A model generated the notes under the pieces. It was not told where the DNA came from. It saw only the letters and a list, made by a program, of their open reading frames with translations, and did not search any database. From NCBI GenBank assembly GCA_964270895.1, contig OZ185446.1: a stretch of 64,000 nt of DNA; one strand, 5' to 3'. Numbering within the stretch: the stretch's first letter is position 1; each line of letters begins with the position of its first letter. This document shows positions 1-13,962 of this stretch, in pieces. The translations under genes were made by a program, and so were the position numbers. This DNA is from Podarcis filfolensis (taxonomy: Eukaryota).

Positions 1-99
1 CCCTCAAAATGACGTGCATGTGCAGATACGGGTTACGTTCGCTTCGAGATGCGAACGGGGCTCCGGAACGGATCCCGTTCTCATCCTGAGGTACCACTG
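1..99. mobile_element. Right end of a pogo/Tigger-like (Tc1/mariner superfamily) MITE, cut by the window edge
   Basis: Ends in GAGGTACCACTG followed by TA, the same terminus as the other copies in the window. Confidence 0.7.
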
Positions 100-505
100 T
101 AGTTCTGTTTGGTCCCTATCTCTCACTATCTGCTACCTGAGGCAGGCGCCTCATTCTGCAGAGGCAGCTCTGGCCCTTTTCAACCAAAGCTGGAGCATGT
201 TTCAGAGAAAAAGAGTCAGGACATATTTGTATTAATATGCCATTTGTTCCAACTGCAACATTTGGATTAGTGCGCTGTTTTGGCAAGAACTGAGATGGGA
301 GTAGGAAAAGTGGGAAATGGCCACAGGGCACAAAGTTCTACAGTGCATCGGATTAGTAATAGGTTACTTTCACACAGCTCTGTGATTACTAATTTGCCCA
401 ACAATCACACTTTCAATGCAGACTTCCATTTGTGAAGCATCAACAATATAATCTCAGTTGTGCAGATTCCTGGACTTTAACAAGTTAGGAAATCCAATTT
501 ATATA

Positions 506-741
506 CAGTGGTACCTTGGTTCTCAAATTTAATCTGTTCCGGGAGTCAGTTCCGACTCCCAGAATGGTTCGCAAACCAAGGCGCGGCTTCCGATTGGCTG
601 CAGGAACTTCCTGCAGGCAATCAGAAGCCAAGTAAGCTGTGTCGGACGCTCAGCTTCCAAAGAATGTTTGCAAACCAGAACACTCCCTTTTGGGTTTCCG
701 ACGTTCAGGAGCCAATTTGTTCGACAACTAAGGTACCACTG
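506..741. mobile_element. pogo/Tigger-like MITE
   Basis: TIRs CAGTGGTACCTT...AAGGTACCACTG, flanked by TA on both sides (504-505, 742-743). Confidence 0.8.
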
Positions 742-838
742 TACAGGAAAAACTTAACAGAAGCAATGGTAATGTCATTCATCTGGAATGAAAGTTTTGT
801 AATTAGCATTCCACAAAATATTTTTTTAAAAATGAAAG

Positions 839-844
839 TTTATT
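839..844 (-). terminator. RALA: Candidate distal poly(A) signal of RALA
   Basis: AATAAA on the minus strand ~1.75 kb downstream of the RALA stop, followed by U/GU-rich sequence. Confidence 0.5.
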
Positions 845-2543
845 CATAGTCAATGGCTCAAATAGCAAATAAAAAGAATCTGGTAAGGCATCAGCCTATG
901 ACAATAGTTTCTCTGTGTCCATTGGCTTCATAACACCTTGGTTCCCATTACACAAACATCAATGTTAGTGGTTAAACTCCCTGGTTAGACAGACTGAAAA
1001 CAAATACACAATAAGATGAGGACCAATCTGCTTGGCCAGGCACATCAAGAACTAATTCTGCACATGGTAGCGTCTACAGGAGAATGTACATACAAAAATT
1101 TTTGATAAACAAGTGTTCTCTAAACAGCCACATTCCTAATGTCTACTTGTTAGCATGTTAAATATGTGTTGTCTAGTTTGCTCAGACACATCTTGAACTG
1201 TCATTTCATAAAGTCACACATGTATATAAAAAAGTGTTTTTTGTAACTGATCTAACCTTTACACCTACACCCAAGAAACTTAAAAGCCTCAGATAGTGCT
1301 TTATCTTTCAATTCCACATACTAAATGTACTAATTATATTTCAAAAAGCAGAACAGTAAAGGGCAATACATTTTAGTGTATCAATGAGGGATTATGGAAG
1401 CACATGGCCAATATTTCCATACTGCAAAGTAGAGTGGGGTGTTTGACTGATATCAGAAAAAGTAGCTATAACGCTTTCCCATTAGGTAATGCATAGCTAA
1501 CATTTCCAAAGCCTTAGACAGGGAGCAACACAGAAAAATGGAAAATTTATATTTTCCAGACAGCCCTAAGAGCAAGATCAATTTGTGCTCTAAGTACACA
1601 ACTACCAGCGACTATTTGTCCCACACTGTGCCCCAACCCTAGGAAGATACCTTACCCAAATTAAGTAGTTGCCAAAGGGCAGCGTCAATATCTGTGCATT
1701 AAGAAATACGTGACCACTTCTGACTGAAATGTGCTCCACCCTCTTTTTATATTCAATCTCAGATGTCTTTGACGGCCCTTCCACTGTAAGCAAAAGCAAT
1801 CTTCATTGAATCACAGGTTAATAGTATGCTCTGGATTATTAAAGACCCAGAGTATGGCACACTTTTCTGATCAGAGATACTGCTAGCACACAGCTAGTTA
1901 GCAAAATTGCTCACAAAAACTGCACTCCACACTGAAGGATATACTTTCACAGTGATGCACACACCTCAGTGCATCACAAGGAAGATACACCCTTAACTAC
2001 GTTAACTTTTTTTAAGTTTTTTTTTTAAAATTAAGGCATATTCAAATATACTCATGAGTTTATACCATTTGTCTAAGCTAATTCCATGTATAAATGACTT
2101 CCAATAGAAGCAGAGAACAGAGCTCGTTTCTCTTCTCTAATTTGCATATTCTTATAACTGCAAAAAAAAAAAAGCATATATACACTACCTTTGCTTAGTT
2201 TTGACCACTGCTGTAGTTTCCAAGGCAGTAGAAGACAAAGTGAAGTTTGGGTGATAGAAAACTGTATGCTTTAGGAGAAATGATAGAAAGTAATGCTTTG
2301 TTTACAGTTCAAGACGGACTGCCCATGAAAAAAAACCCTCTACATTCAGAAGAACCATGGTGAGAGGCAGCAAGTTATGAAATGGGTTGAATTCTGCTCT
2401 CTTGAAGCCACATTAAACTTTTTCAGTGAAAGACTTTCAGTGCTGTCCCAATTCATGCTTTAAGTGGTACATTACAATTTCCAAACTGTTAAGAGTAATT
2501 TCAGTCATAGGAGCCTCCAAATGGCATGCTATAAGTTATGGAT

Positions 2544-2549
2544 TTTATT
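2544..2549 (-). terminator. RALA: Candidate proximal poly(A) signal of RALA
   Basis: AATAAA on the minus strand ~38 nt after the stop codon. Confidence 0.45.
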
Positions 2550-2586
2550 AGTATGATCAAGGGATGATGAGAGTTTGGAACTTTGA

Positions 2587-2709
<123 letters not shown>

Positions 2710-3627
2710 CTAGAAAGAAAAATACAAGTGTTAGTACATGTGTGCAAACATGTGCTACATTAATCAAAGCCTGCATTTTTAAGCTATTAAGTAAACTAAG
2801 AGGTTCTGCTTCATTCCTTTTCAGCTGTGAGTGGTAATGTATTGTAGGGTTAAAACTGTTTTCATATTTTTCTTTAACAGAATTCTATAGAACGTAGAAA
2901 GAAAACAAAAATATATCTATTCAGACCTGCTGTTAATAATGTAAGTAGCCATGCTAAGCATAGCTTGCTAAAATCATAAAGCGGATATGAAGTCACATGC
3001 CAGAAACTGGTAAATCAATGTTGCATGTGACCCAACTATAGAAGTAAGGATGATCTTGCTTAAATGCAAACTAGCCTGCCACCGACCCTTAATGCATGAA
3101 AATATTCCTGAGTGCTACAGAACCAGTTGCTCAAATTAGAAGCCAAGAAAACTTCTAGGAAACAGCTGTCCATCATATTCTAGTGAGTCAATAACGATTC
3201 AGTACCACATTGCTCAGAGTAAACAAGCCAACTTACATTTAGTGACCCAATTTCTAACATCTGAGTTTTTAAAAAGGACTTTCCTGTTATGCAGTCATGT
3301 TTGTATATAGGTCAGAAAGGAGAGGTTTGCATATTAAACCACTAAGCCCCTTAACCTTTTGCCAAGCAGATTTTCTGCAAGGCAGGAGCTAGTACTTAGA
3401 ACTAGTGAAGAATAAGTTTTAAGAACTATAGGGTTCTTATTGTTGTCATTTTTAAAAAACAAAAGATTTAAGAAGTTTTCACCTTTGTACCAGATCATTA
3501 AAACATGAGTTGATTAAATAACACCACTGCCTTCCATCTCATTTGAAAGAGATTAAGACACCGACGCTAGCATTTTCTGCCTAGGGTATATAATCAAATT
3601 CTTTAAAAGAAGAGTATGAAAGAACTT

Positions 3628-3630
<3 letters not shown>

Positions 3631-3669
<39 letters not shown>
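3631..3669. repeat. (CA)n microsatellite
   Basis: About 19-20 perfect CA units. Confidence 0.95.
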
Positions 3670-3671
<2 letters not shown>

Positions 3672-4305
3672 TAGCTCATACAATGTTAAACCCCAGTTTA
3701 CCTATAAGCATTATAGCTCACATCTCCTTCAACAATGTGAGTCAGAACCCACCCTACACCCTTTATAGGGGCAACACAGTCGCCAGCAACTACTTTCCTT
3801 AGACTGGAATTAATCCCACTCAGAATAAATGGAAGCAGGTTCAGGCCATAGTCTGTTAGAGAATGAGCATCAACACTCCATCTCACCCCCACCCCACTGG
3901 TGGAGGAAGAGGGGGGTGGGGGGAGCGCACCGCCCCCTGCAGCGCGATCCCAGTGGGGTGCCATTGCGGCTGTCCCCCTGCCCACGTTGGCTGCCATGCC
4001 CCCACAGGTGGCACGTCACACCCCCGGGACGTGCGCCAGCCACGCCCCCTCCCGAAGCTCCATCACTGCTCACACCAGATTGCGATAAGGCTTCTGGTTT
4101 GTTAAGTTGCAGTTTCCCACGATGTCTGAACTGGAAATACTTACCTGCAAACTGGACTTAAAACTATGGATTGCAACCCTGATTTACAGGCAGCAACCGA
4201 GGCATCATAGGAAATGGTAATTTGAAAAACCAGGAAATGTTCTCTACAGCTGAGCATACAAGAGGGAATGTTCAAGCCCATTGCTTGAACTCCTGTAGCC
4301 TTATT

Positions 4306-4713
4306 TGAGTTCACCGATTGGGTCTGCGTTGCTCCGGGACAGGAGGAAGGAAGTCAAATGACACCGAGGTTGGTTCAAAGAAAGAGTTTATTCTGCTCTC
4401 AGGATAGCAGAAGGCACTTGCGTGATCAATCCACAGCAAGTCCAAAGAAACGAGAAGTTTTATGCAGTATATATATCCTCCAGACACCCTCTCCCCCTTC
4501 CCCAGCCACGTCAGCTTGTACACGCAGGTTGACATCACAGATGTTCCTGCTCCGGCGCTCTTAACCATAAAAGGGATTTCCTTCCTGCACTCCTGACCAT
4601 AAAAGGATCTTCCTCTTCCTACTCTTATCTTGGAGGAAGAGGTCATCATCTCCGGGAACACGCTTCTGGCGTTGTTCCTGAATTTCGGTCTGTGTGTCTT
4701 TTGTGGTCAGCAC

Positions 4714-4714
<1 letters not shown>
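4306..4714 (-). mobile_element. Probable solo LTR
   Basis: On the minus strand it starts TG, has a TATA-like run (4468-4476), AATAAA (4387-4392) and ends ...CA. No clear TSD found. Confidence 0.45.
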
Positions 4715-4759
<45 letters not shown>

Positions 4760-4770
4760 CAACAATAATA
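4715..4770. repeat. (TAA)n/(CAA)n microsatellite forming the 3' tail of the adjacent L2
   Basis: ~14 TAA units abutting the L2 3' end. Confidence 0.9.
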
Positions 4771-6150
4771 GTAATTTTTTATTTATACCCCGCCCTCCCC
4801 AGCCAAGGCCGGGCTCAGAGCGGCTTACAAGCAATAATAAAAACAAGATGAATGATTACAACTTAAAAACAAAAATAAAATACAACATTAAAATAATGGA
4901 ACATTAAAATATTAAAATGTAGCCTGATCGCAGGAGGAGAAGGAAAAGAAAAAAGAAAGAGAGGGAGGGAGGGAATCAAATTGGCTCCAAGCCAAAGGCC
5001 AGGCGGAACAACTCTGTCTTACAGGCCCTGCGGAAAGAAATCAGATCCTGCAGGGCCCTGGTCTCATGAGGCAGGGCGTTCCACCAGGCCGGAGCCAGAG
5101 TTGAAAAGGCCCTGGCTCTGGTTGAGGCCAATCTAACTTTCTTAGGGCCTGGGACCACTAGAGTGTTGTTATTTATGGACCTTGAGGCTCTCCGTGGGGC
5201 ATACCAGGAGAGGCGGTCCCGTAGGTACGAGGGTCCTAGGCCGTGAAGGGCTTTAAAGGTCAAAAGCAGCACCTTAAATCTGACCCTGTACTCCACCGGG
5301 AGCCAGTGCAGCTTGAAAAGCACTGGGTGAATATGCTCCCATGGCAGAGGTGAGGAGCCTCGCTGCAGCATTCTGCACCCGCTGGAGTTTCTGGGACAGC
5401 TTCAAGGGCAGCCCCGCGTAGAGCGAATTACAGTAGTCAAGCCTGGAGATGACCGCCGCATGGATCACTGTGGCCAGGTTGGGGCGGGAAAGGTAAGGGA
5501 CAACTGCTTGATGCGGCGAAGGTGGAAAAATGTCGCCTTGGCTGTTGCTGTAACTTGCGCCTCCATGGAAAGGGAGGCGTCAAGGATTACACCCAAACTT
5601 TTAGCGGAAGGCAATGGCACTAATTGGGCCCCCGCAAGAGAAGGGAGTTGGTCCCTCATCCCCATGCCATCCCGACCTAGCCATAGGACCTCTGTCTTCG
5701 AAGGATTTAGTTTCAATCGGCTCCCACGAAACCATCCAGCCACAGCTTCCAAGCATCTGGTCAGTGTGTTCGGGGCCGAGTCGGTGTGGCCATCCATCAG
5801 CAGATAGAGCTGATTGTCATCAGCATATTGGTGACAGCCCAGCCCAAAGCTCCGGATAATCTGGGCAAGGGGGCGCATAAAGATGTTAAAAAGCATCGGG
5901 GAGAGAATTGCGCCCTGTGGCACTCCACACACCAAGGAGTGGCGCGACGACATTTCCCTCCCTAGTGCCACCCTCTGTCCCCGACCAGAGATAAAAGAGC
6001 ACAGCCAGTTACGGGCTATGCCCTGTATCCCCAAGTCTGCGAGGCGGTGGTCCAGAAGATCATGATCGACCATGTCAAAGGCTGCTGACAAATCTAAAAG
6101 GAACTGATGTGTCTGCTCTGTTCCCCTAGACCAGCCAGGGTCATCCCTGA
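4771..6150 (-). mobile_element. 5'-truncated L2-clade LINE, frameshifted RT (RALA intron 4)
   Basis: ORF fragments LLDLSAAFD, GVPQGAILSPMLFN, HQYADD, SRLDYCNSL, LQRVQNAAARL, LHWLPV in three frames; squamate L2 3' end running into a microsatellite. Confidence 0.9.
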
Positions 6151-6501
6151 TGTCACAAACTGATAAAGGAGAGAGCTGTGTTCTTGTTATGCATTTGCTC
6201 AATGGCTCAAAGTTTATGCATTTTAGCTAAGGAAAAATAGGGATTTTGGTGCAGTTTAAAACTGCCTGCACAGTCAGTTTTGGGTTTTGGGAAACCCATT
6301 CCTTCACTCCAACAAACCCCAGCAAAACTCATTAGTGAGCCATTTGAATGTCTTCTGTTCAGCTACCTGTTAGAGCATTCATCTTGAAGAAGAATGAGCA
6401 ATACACAAGAGAGTCAGGGTAACATTAATAATTAGTCTTGACAAACAACGAGTGGAATCAGAGGTTTATGAAGATGTATTTGGGAAACGGTAAACTTTTA
6501 C

Positions 6502-6676
6502 CTTGTCGACATTAGCTCGTGTTTTAGCAGACGTTTCAACATAGTTAACATTCCACTGATCAGCTCTGTTTTTTGCTTCTTCTACAGAAACCTGTCTTTT
6601 GTCTTCCAAATCCGATTTGTTACCAACTAGCAAAAATGGAACATTCTCATCTTCTTTTACCCTTAAAATCTGCTCT
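6502..6676 (-). CDS. RALA: RALA exon 4
   Basis: 175 nt, AG/GT bounded; (R)[58 protein letters not shown] with NKxD and SAK GTPase motifs. Confidence 0.98.
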
Positions 6677-7654
6677 CTGAAGAGAAGAGAAAAAACACAT
6701 TTTAAGACCCATGCAGTTTAATCTTCTTTGATTTCTCAGATATGATACTTTAATACAACCTTGGTGCAATAAACATGTTTTTGCTGTTACCCATCATGTG
6801 CTATCACCAACTTGGTGCTAGGTATTCACAATATGCAACTTGCAAAGACCCTACACAGGAGAGCAGTCAGAAAAGGAGTAGCAAGTAAGAAGCTATAAAC
6901 TGTTAACTGATAGCACACATAAAGAGGACTAACAGATGAGCCTGTTATAAATTTTATAAGAGGATAACTTTGAAGATGAGATGGTAATGCAAGGGAAGCC
7001 AAGCACAAGAATTAGCAGTTTAACATCAGTAAAAAACTGACCAAGTAGCGCTATTGAGGATTATCAAGATTAATGAAGATATTTACTTTCAGAATTATTA
7101 AGCAGAAACAATACATAAATTAGGTATTTTATAGAAAAAGGGAAATATTTTAAAGTGATAGTGAAGCAGACTTTATATTTTACCACTGTCATTAACCTTT
7201 GGATTAATTTAACCTTGATATCAAACTATAAAACTATCAACATGATTACTCCCCAAATACCTAACTGACAGTCATGTCACAACTGCCCGCTTAACAGACT
7301 AGCTACTGTCCCAACACACCTGTGGCAGCTCCTGCAACATGAATTTCATGCTAGATAAAGGCTATCCAAAATCCTTGCCACTTTGCACTCCAACCTTTTT
7401 AAGAATGAAAATGCCAGTCTACCATACAAAGAACTGATCATTTTCCTTCTGAAAAGCAGCTCAACAAATTATTGCCCACAACTGTAAGTCTTTAGAATAT
7501 TTGCAAAAAACCTGGTTTATAGCACTTTCAGAAAAATTGACTAAGGAAGTCAAAGCATTAGCTGGAAAAAGGGACAGGGACAATTTCATAGCGACATGAT
7601 ATCCTTTTATTGGACATTCAACAGAACATCATTTACAGTGGCATCCACTACTTA

Positions 7655-9230
7655 CAGTGAGGGGGGAAAGTATTTGATCCCCTGCTAAATTTGCCCATTT
7701 GCCCTCTGACGAAGAAATGACCAGTCCATAATTTTAATGGTAGTGAGAGACAGAATAACAACAGGAAAACCCCCAGAAACCCAGAAGTCAGAGACTGATG
7801 TGCATTATAATGAGTAAAATAAGTATTTGATCCCCTATCAACCAGCCAGATGTCAGGCTACCTGGTATCTTCACTGTATGTAACGAGCTGAGATTAGAAG
7901 CACCTGCTGTAAGGGAGAGGTCTTACCTGTAATCCCAGCTCGTTACAGTACCTGCACAAAAGACACCTGTCGACAGAAGCAATCAATCCAGCAGATTCCA
8001 AAGTGGTCACCATGACCAAGACCAAAGAGCTGTCCAAGAATGTCAGGGACAAGATTGTACACCTGCACAAGGCTGGGCTGGGCTACAAGACTATTGCCAA
8101 GCAGCTTGGTGAGAAGGTGACAAGAGCTGGTGCAATAATTCACAAACACAAAAGAACTGCCAATCTCCCTTGGTCTGGGGCTCCATGCAAGATCTCATCT
8201 CGTGGAGTTAAAATGATCAGGAGAACGGTGATGAAGCAGCCCAGAACTACACGGGAGGAACTTGTCAATGATCTCAGGGCAGCTGGGAACATAGTCACTA
8301 TGAAAACAGTGGATAACACACTACACCGTGAAGAACTGAGATCTTGCAGAGCCCACAAGGTCCCCTTGCTCAAGACAGCACATGTACAGGCCTGTCTGCA
8401 GTTTGCCAATGCACATCTGAATGACCCAGAGGAGAACTGGGTGAAAGTGTTATGGTCAGATGAGACCAAAATAGAGCTCTTTGCCATCAACTCAACTCAC
8501 CGTGTTTGGAGGAGGAGGAATGCTGCCTACGACCCCAATAACATCATCCCCACCGTCAAACATGGAGGGGGACATATTATGCTTTGGGGGTGTTTTTCTG
8601 CTAAGGGGACAGGACACCTTCACCGCATCGACAGGACGATCGACGGGACCATGTATTGTCAAATCTTGGGTGAGCTTCTCCTTCCCTCAGCCAGGGCATT
8701 GAAAATGGGTCGAGGATGGGTATTCCAGCATGACAATGACCCAAAACACACGGCCAAGGCAACAAAGGAGTGGCTCAGGAAGAAGCACATTAAGGTCCTG
8801 GAGCAGCCTAGCCAGTCTCCAGACCTTAATCCCATCAAAAATCTGTGGAGGGAGCTGAAGGTTCGAGTAGTTACACATCAGCCTTGAAATCTTACTGAGT
8901 TGGAGAGGATCTGCAAAGAGGAGTGGGACAAAATACCTCCTGAGATGTGTGCAAACCTGGTGACCGCCTACAAGAAAGGTCTGACCTCTGTAATTGCCAA
9001 CAAGGGTTTTGCCACCAAGTACTAAGTCATCTTTTGCAAGGGGATCAAATACTTATTTCACTCATTATAATGCACATCAATCTCCGACTTTTGTCTTCTG
9101 GGATTCCTGTTGTTATTCTGTCTCTCATAGCTACAAATAAACCTACCATTAAAATTATGGACTGGTCATTTCTTCGTCAGGGGGCAAACGGGCAAATTTA
9201 GCAGGGGTTCAAATACTTTCCCCCTCACTG
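7655..9230 (+). mobile_element. Full-length Tc1-like (IR/DR, DD34E family) DNA transposon in RALA intron 3
   Basis: TA on both sides; ~180-190 bp TIRs starting CAGTGAGGGG; inner and outer direct repeats AAGTATTTGA(T/A)CCCCT; internal transposase gene. Confidence 0.95.
8012..9025 (+). pseudogene. Tc1 transposase, inactivated
   Basis: MTKTKELSK...WSDETK...FQHDNDPKH...[11 protein letters not shown] (third catalytic E replaced by K); in-frame TGA at 8885-8887, after which the frame continues [13 protein letters not shown]...KGFATKY-TAA. Confidence 0.92.
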
Positions 9231-11310
9231 TACAACTCTGGAGCAATGTTTTCCCATAAAAATTATGCATCTTGGAGAGGAAGGGACAGGGACATTTGTT
9301 AGGGGAGCGTATATTTTCTATGTTTGTTTTCTTGAAAATTAATTTTTAAAGAAAGAATCCTTGCCACTCAAGAGGACTTTTGGCAAACCTACAGTGGAAT
9401 CTGTGATCTTGAATTAACAGAAGTTAAATGCTGAAGTTTGATTAGGAGACAATGAAGAGGCAATCTATACCAATTGTGTCCATCATATGCTGTCTAGCAA
9501 ACACTTCCTCAATGTTCAGTGGCAAAGAAACTTATTCACTGTGATTCAGTTTACAGTGGCCCAGTATGCACACCACAAAATAGTTTAAAATAAGCTACGA
9601 TTTAATGTATGGAGTACCTTGCTCCTTCCCAAGTCCTGATTGTGATGCAGAAGGGAAGAAACAAGTCAAGCATCTGGCTTGTTGCGATGCAGAAACCTGG
9701 GCTTGTGATTTTTCTCCAAATAACCCTTGACTTATCAGTTGTCAGTTATCAGTTGTGGCACGTTTGGAATGAAACAAACCATGAGCAAACCGTGAGCACT
9801 AGTTTGTGCAACGCCTGAAGCCAGACTCTAGCCTGCTTCCTCCCATGTGGCCAATTCAGTAAAGAGAACAGTCACCATATTTGGCACTGAATATTCACTG
9901 AGTGTTTAGCACACAAAACCTTTTAATGCCAAGTAGGCACACAATGAGTTAATCAACAACTGGAAAGACCGGTAGTCATTTTAAGCTTCCTTCTACCTTT
10001 TAAAAATTATACAGCATACAAAGGTAAACTAGGCTTTCTAAGTTAACACATATTTGTTTGTTCAGGCATTTTAAGTGTTTAAGCATGTGGTTGTTGCAGC
10101 CTCTACTGTTTTCACATGCCTTAATTTTTCATTTATTGTGGCTCAGCTTGTTTTACTTCATGTAATTTATTTTGTGGTACCCCACTCTTTGTACCAGCAT
10201 CAATAAAGGACAAACTATAAATCTTTTAAATACGTTAAACAACCACAAGGTGATTCAAGTGTGTTCTACCCCTGATTCAATCCTGTTCTATGACACAGCA
10301 GAAGTAATATAGCAGTCACTACATATTTGTATCTTTCATGGCTTCAGAACTTTAAAAAGATCCCCAGCCATGTCAACAGCTAATGCTGGACACAACAGGA
10401 ACCAAGAATTTCCAACATAGTAACTAACCCAATAGTGTTTTGTGTCATTAAAAATAGGTTATATATGACATTTATTCAGATACCAGGTGTGCCATGCCTT
10501 CCTTTTTCAGGAAAGCTTCATTTTTCAAAATAAATAATGAAGCTCTTACACCATGATGCAATATTTGTATTATAAACATCAATCTTGGGAGTGCAGCTCC
10601 TGATTCCCATTGCAAGGCAGATACTTTATGTTGGTGATTTAATTGTTTTTGAACAAACAAAGTAAATTTGTGTAAGAGTTATTGAGTAATTGGCTAGAAT
10701 GACTGAGCCAACTGTAACCTCCAACTCCTTTGTTTCTCCTGTTTGACCTTGAAAATGCATCTGTGTTATAAGAACTGCATTACTCAGCAGACAGCAGCCA
10801 CCCAACAGTTACGATGAACAAAAATGCAATATTAAGCTGCTAAGGCTATGTAAGGACTCTGTCTGCTGATTCTGGGGGCTTTATGTGAACTAGCACAATG
10901 TTGATTGTGGAAAAATGTATGGAATGTAGCCATAAAGAAGCAACTTTTACCTTCCTTGCAGCAAGTTGTTCTTTTTCTTTGGACTGTTGCCTCTGCTGTC
11001 TGCCTTATCTGTATCCTTAATTCAGGGCCACTTTCCCTCTATTCCTATTTAGCTGCATCCCATCCCTGTGGCCATAATAGTGGTTTCTTATCCCCATCAA
11101 GGGCCTTGCTTCTTAGGTGTTTATTCCTTAAAACTCTCCAATATTATTGATGGAGAGGCCTGGAGTATAGACTAATGTTAACCATGCACATATATTCTGC
11201 AGCGATATTATAGGCCAGAAAAGCATGGAACAAAGCTACAATTTAGCACAGTAAAAATAAGATGCTGAATTCACTAAAACAAACCAGTTTCTCTCATACA
11301 CATCCAATTA

Positions 11311-11541
<231 letters not shown>

Positions 11542-11649
11542 TCAGTCTTATTTTGGTAACTTCCACCAGGGATTCCAAAGAAACATTCCTTGACCAAATA
11601 CTGGTAACATTTATATAGCACTTTAAAATGTTCAGTGTTTCACATGCAT

Positions 11650-11810
11650 CATCTAGTGGTAATTCTCATAACCGCCCTGGGGGTGGGGGAGAGACCAGAG
11701 GTTGTGAGAGTGTCTTGTCCAAGGCCACCTGGTGAATTCATGGCAGAGGCAAGATGTAATCAGGGAACTTTCTAACTCTTAAGGCAAACGCAGCCATTAT
11801 GCTACACCAG
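11650..11810 (-). mobile_element. Degenerate MIR-like/CORE tRNA-derived SINE
   Basis: Contains the ttgtccaaggccacctggtgaattcatggcagag core shared with the 19860-20068 copy. Confidence 0.45.
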
Positions 11811-12752
11811 CAATATCCAGTAATATTTAGGCAGATAACATGAAGTTCTATCAGAGGTTCAATTTGCTATAAAGTTAACATGAGGAGTGTTGGAATGAGA
11901 AAAATGAATGGAACTTCAAACGAAAGACCAGTTTAATTCTGACAAATATTTGTTAATTGAGCAATCCTAAATAGTCATCAATTAAACTGTGGAGAATTAT
12001 ATGCAGCCAGCAGCATGAACCTATAGAATGGCAAAAGAGTTATTTTGGAAGCTTTGTTGAAATTAAATAATCCAAAATACTATGAATTCATAACAGTGGA
12101 TGGTTTGTTTGAATAAGAATTAATGTAGAAAAATCAGTATCTACAATCAATATTGCTTTCTTTGTGTTCATACTCAAGCTAAACAATACTGTTACTTTGG
12201 CTGTATTAATTTGTAATACAATATGACTTATATTTTTAGTTATTTGTAAGTTATAGGTACAAATACTGTATAAATATAGCATTTTAATTAAAAGTTGAAA
12301 ATTAAACTGCTGTAAATAAAAGAATACTGAAAAACTATTGCTGATCAAGTCTCTTGGACTCTTTAAACAAATATAGTAGCAGCAGCGAGGGCAAAATTTT
12401 ACAACCTTTTATTAATCTAACTCTGCCTCTCTGACTTGCAAGAAGTGCTCAATCCGACAATCAGCTGATTTTTCAGCAGTCCAATTCAAAGCACTGCAGA
12501 AAACAGTGGGCAAAAAAGAGCCGCCTGACATTGTGTCAAACCTGGCCTGCAAGGGGTGGGGGAGATAACAATTAGAGTTAGAAAGGTTCCACACCCCTGC
12601 CATAAACCATACAAAAATCTTTCCAGCTGAAAGAACTACCGGTAGTCTGCTCAGGTTTGCTGAAGCAGTTACCAAACGAACTAAAATGTAGTGATTAGAC
12701 TCCCTGTTCATATACAGCCTGAGAACACACTTCTTTAAAAAAATGATTGTCA

Positions 12753-12884
<132 letters not shown>

Positions 12885-13762
12885 TCAGATATTTCACACA
12901 AAGAAGGAACCTGGGTGAAGAAATGTTTTTTGAATTAATAAGGATTTTTAAACATTCATAAGGAGGTTCAGTAACTAAAATGTACAATAGCTACAAAATA
13001 AGTAGAAGCATGTTCCCAAGGCTTAGCCCAACTTCAAAAACAATTACAGTAATACAAACACAACCTGCTCAGCATAACAGAATAAAGCAAAGAGAATTAT
13101 TCTCTGAATAAGGATGGCTTTCAGCTTTTAGATATAAAAAAATTAACATGCTTGGGATTGAACCTGCAACCTTTTGTATGAAAAACATGTGATCTACCAC
13201 TGAGTTGCAACTCTTCCAGTTGTTTCTGCTTTGTGGATATATTCACATATAAAACTAGTTCAAAGTCCTCTAACACGCCAATTTTTTTAAAGGGGGGTGA
13301 AGTCTGAATTTAGCCTTCATGGTTTGAAGTATCTGGGAAAAAATATAAGCAAGGCAAATGTAAGTGCAAGCCTTAGACATGAATGACTGGCCCAAAGTCA
13401 TTCCGTGAGCTCCAGGGCTAAGTGGGGATTTAAACCCTGATCTTCCAGGTCTTAGTCCAACACTTCAATTGCTACACCACACTTGTTTGTTCTTTCTGTG
13501 TACACACATACACACACCACATATGTATGGTACCTTAATGTTTTTCCCTCTAGAGCAAATAGTAGCTGGGAATGGGAAAGGCAGTTACAAACATTCCCCT
13601 CTGCCATGCTAGTTTATTCTGGGGGTCTAGCAGATGCTTTTCCTTTCCTTTTTTAAAAACGGAAGTGTTGAGAGATCTGATGACAGATTTCCACTTCTAA
13701 TACAGATTCCAAGTTGAGTGGTGTTAATTCCAATAAGGGAGTAGCTAGCCAATTCATGAATA

Positions 13763-13962
13763 CAGTGGTACCTCGGGTTACGGACTTAATTCGTTCCGGA
13801 GGTCCGTTCTTAACCTGAGGCGCGCTTTCGCTAATGGGGCCTCCCGCTGCCACCGGCGCACGGTTTCAGTTCTCATCCTGGGGCAAAGTTTTCAATCCGA
13901 GGCACTACTTCCGGGTTAGCAGAGTTTGTAACCTGAAGTGTTTGGAACCCGAGGTACCACTG
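13763..13962. mobile_element. pogo/Tigger-like MITE
   Basis: TIRs CAGTGGTACCTCGGGTT...AACCCGAGGTACCACTG; TA on both sides. Confidence 0.85.

Noticed and set aside
4630-4907. ORFs with poly-I, poly-N and poly-L runs
   Set aside because: Translations of the (TAA)n microsatellite.
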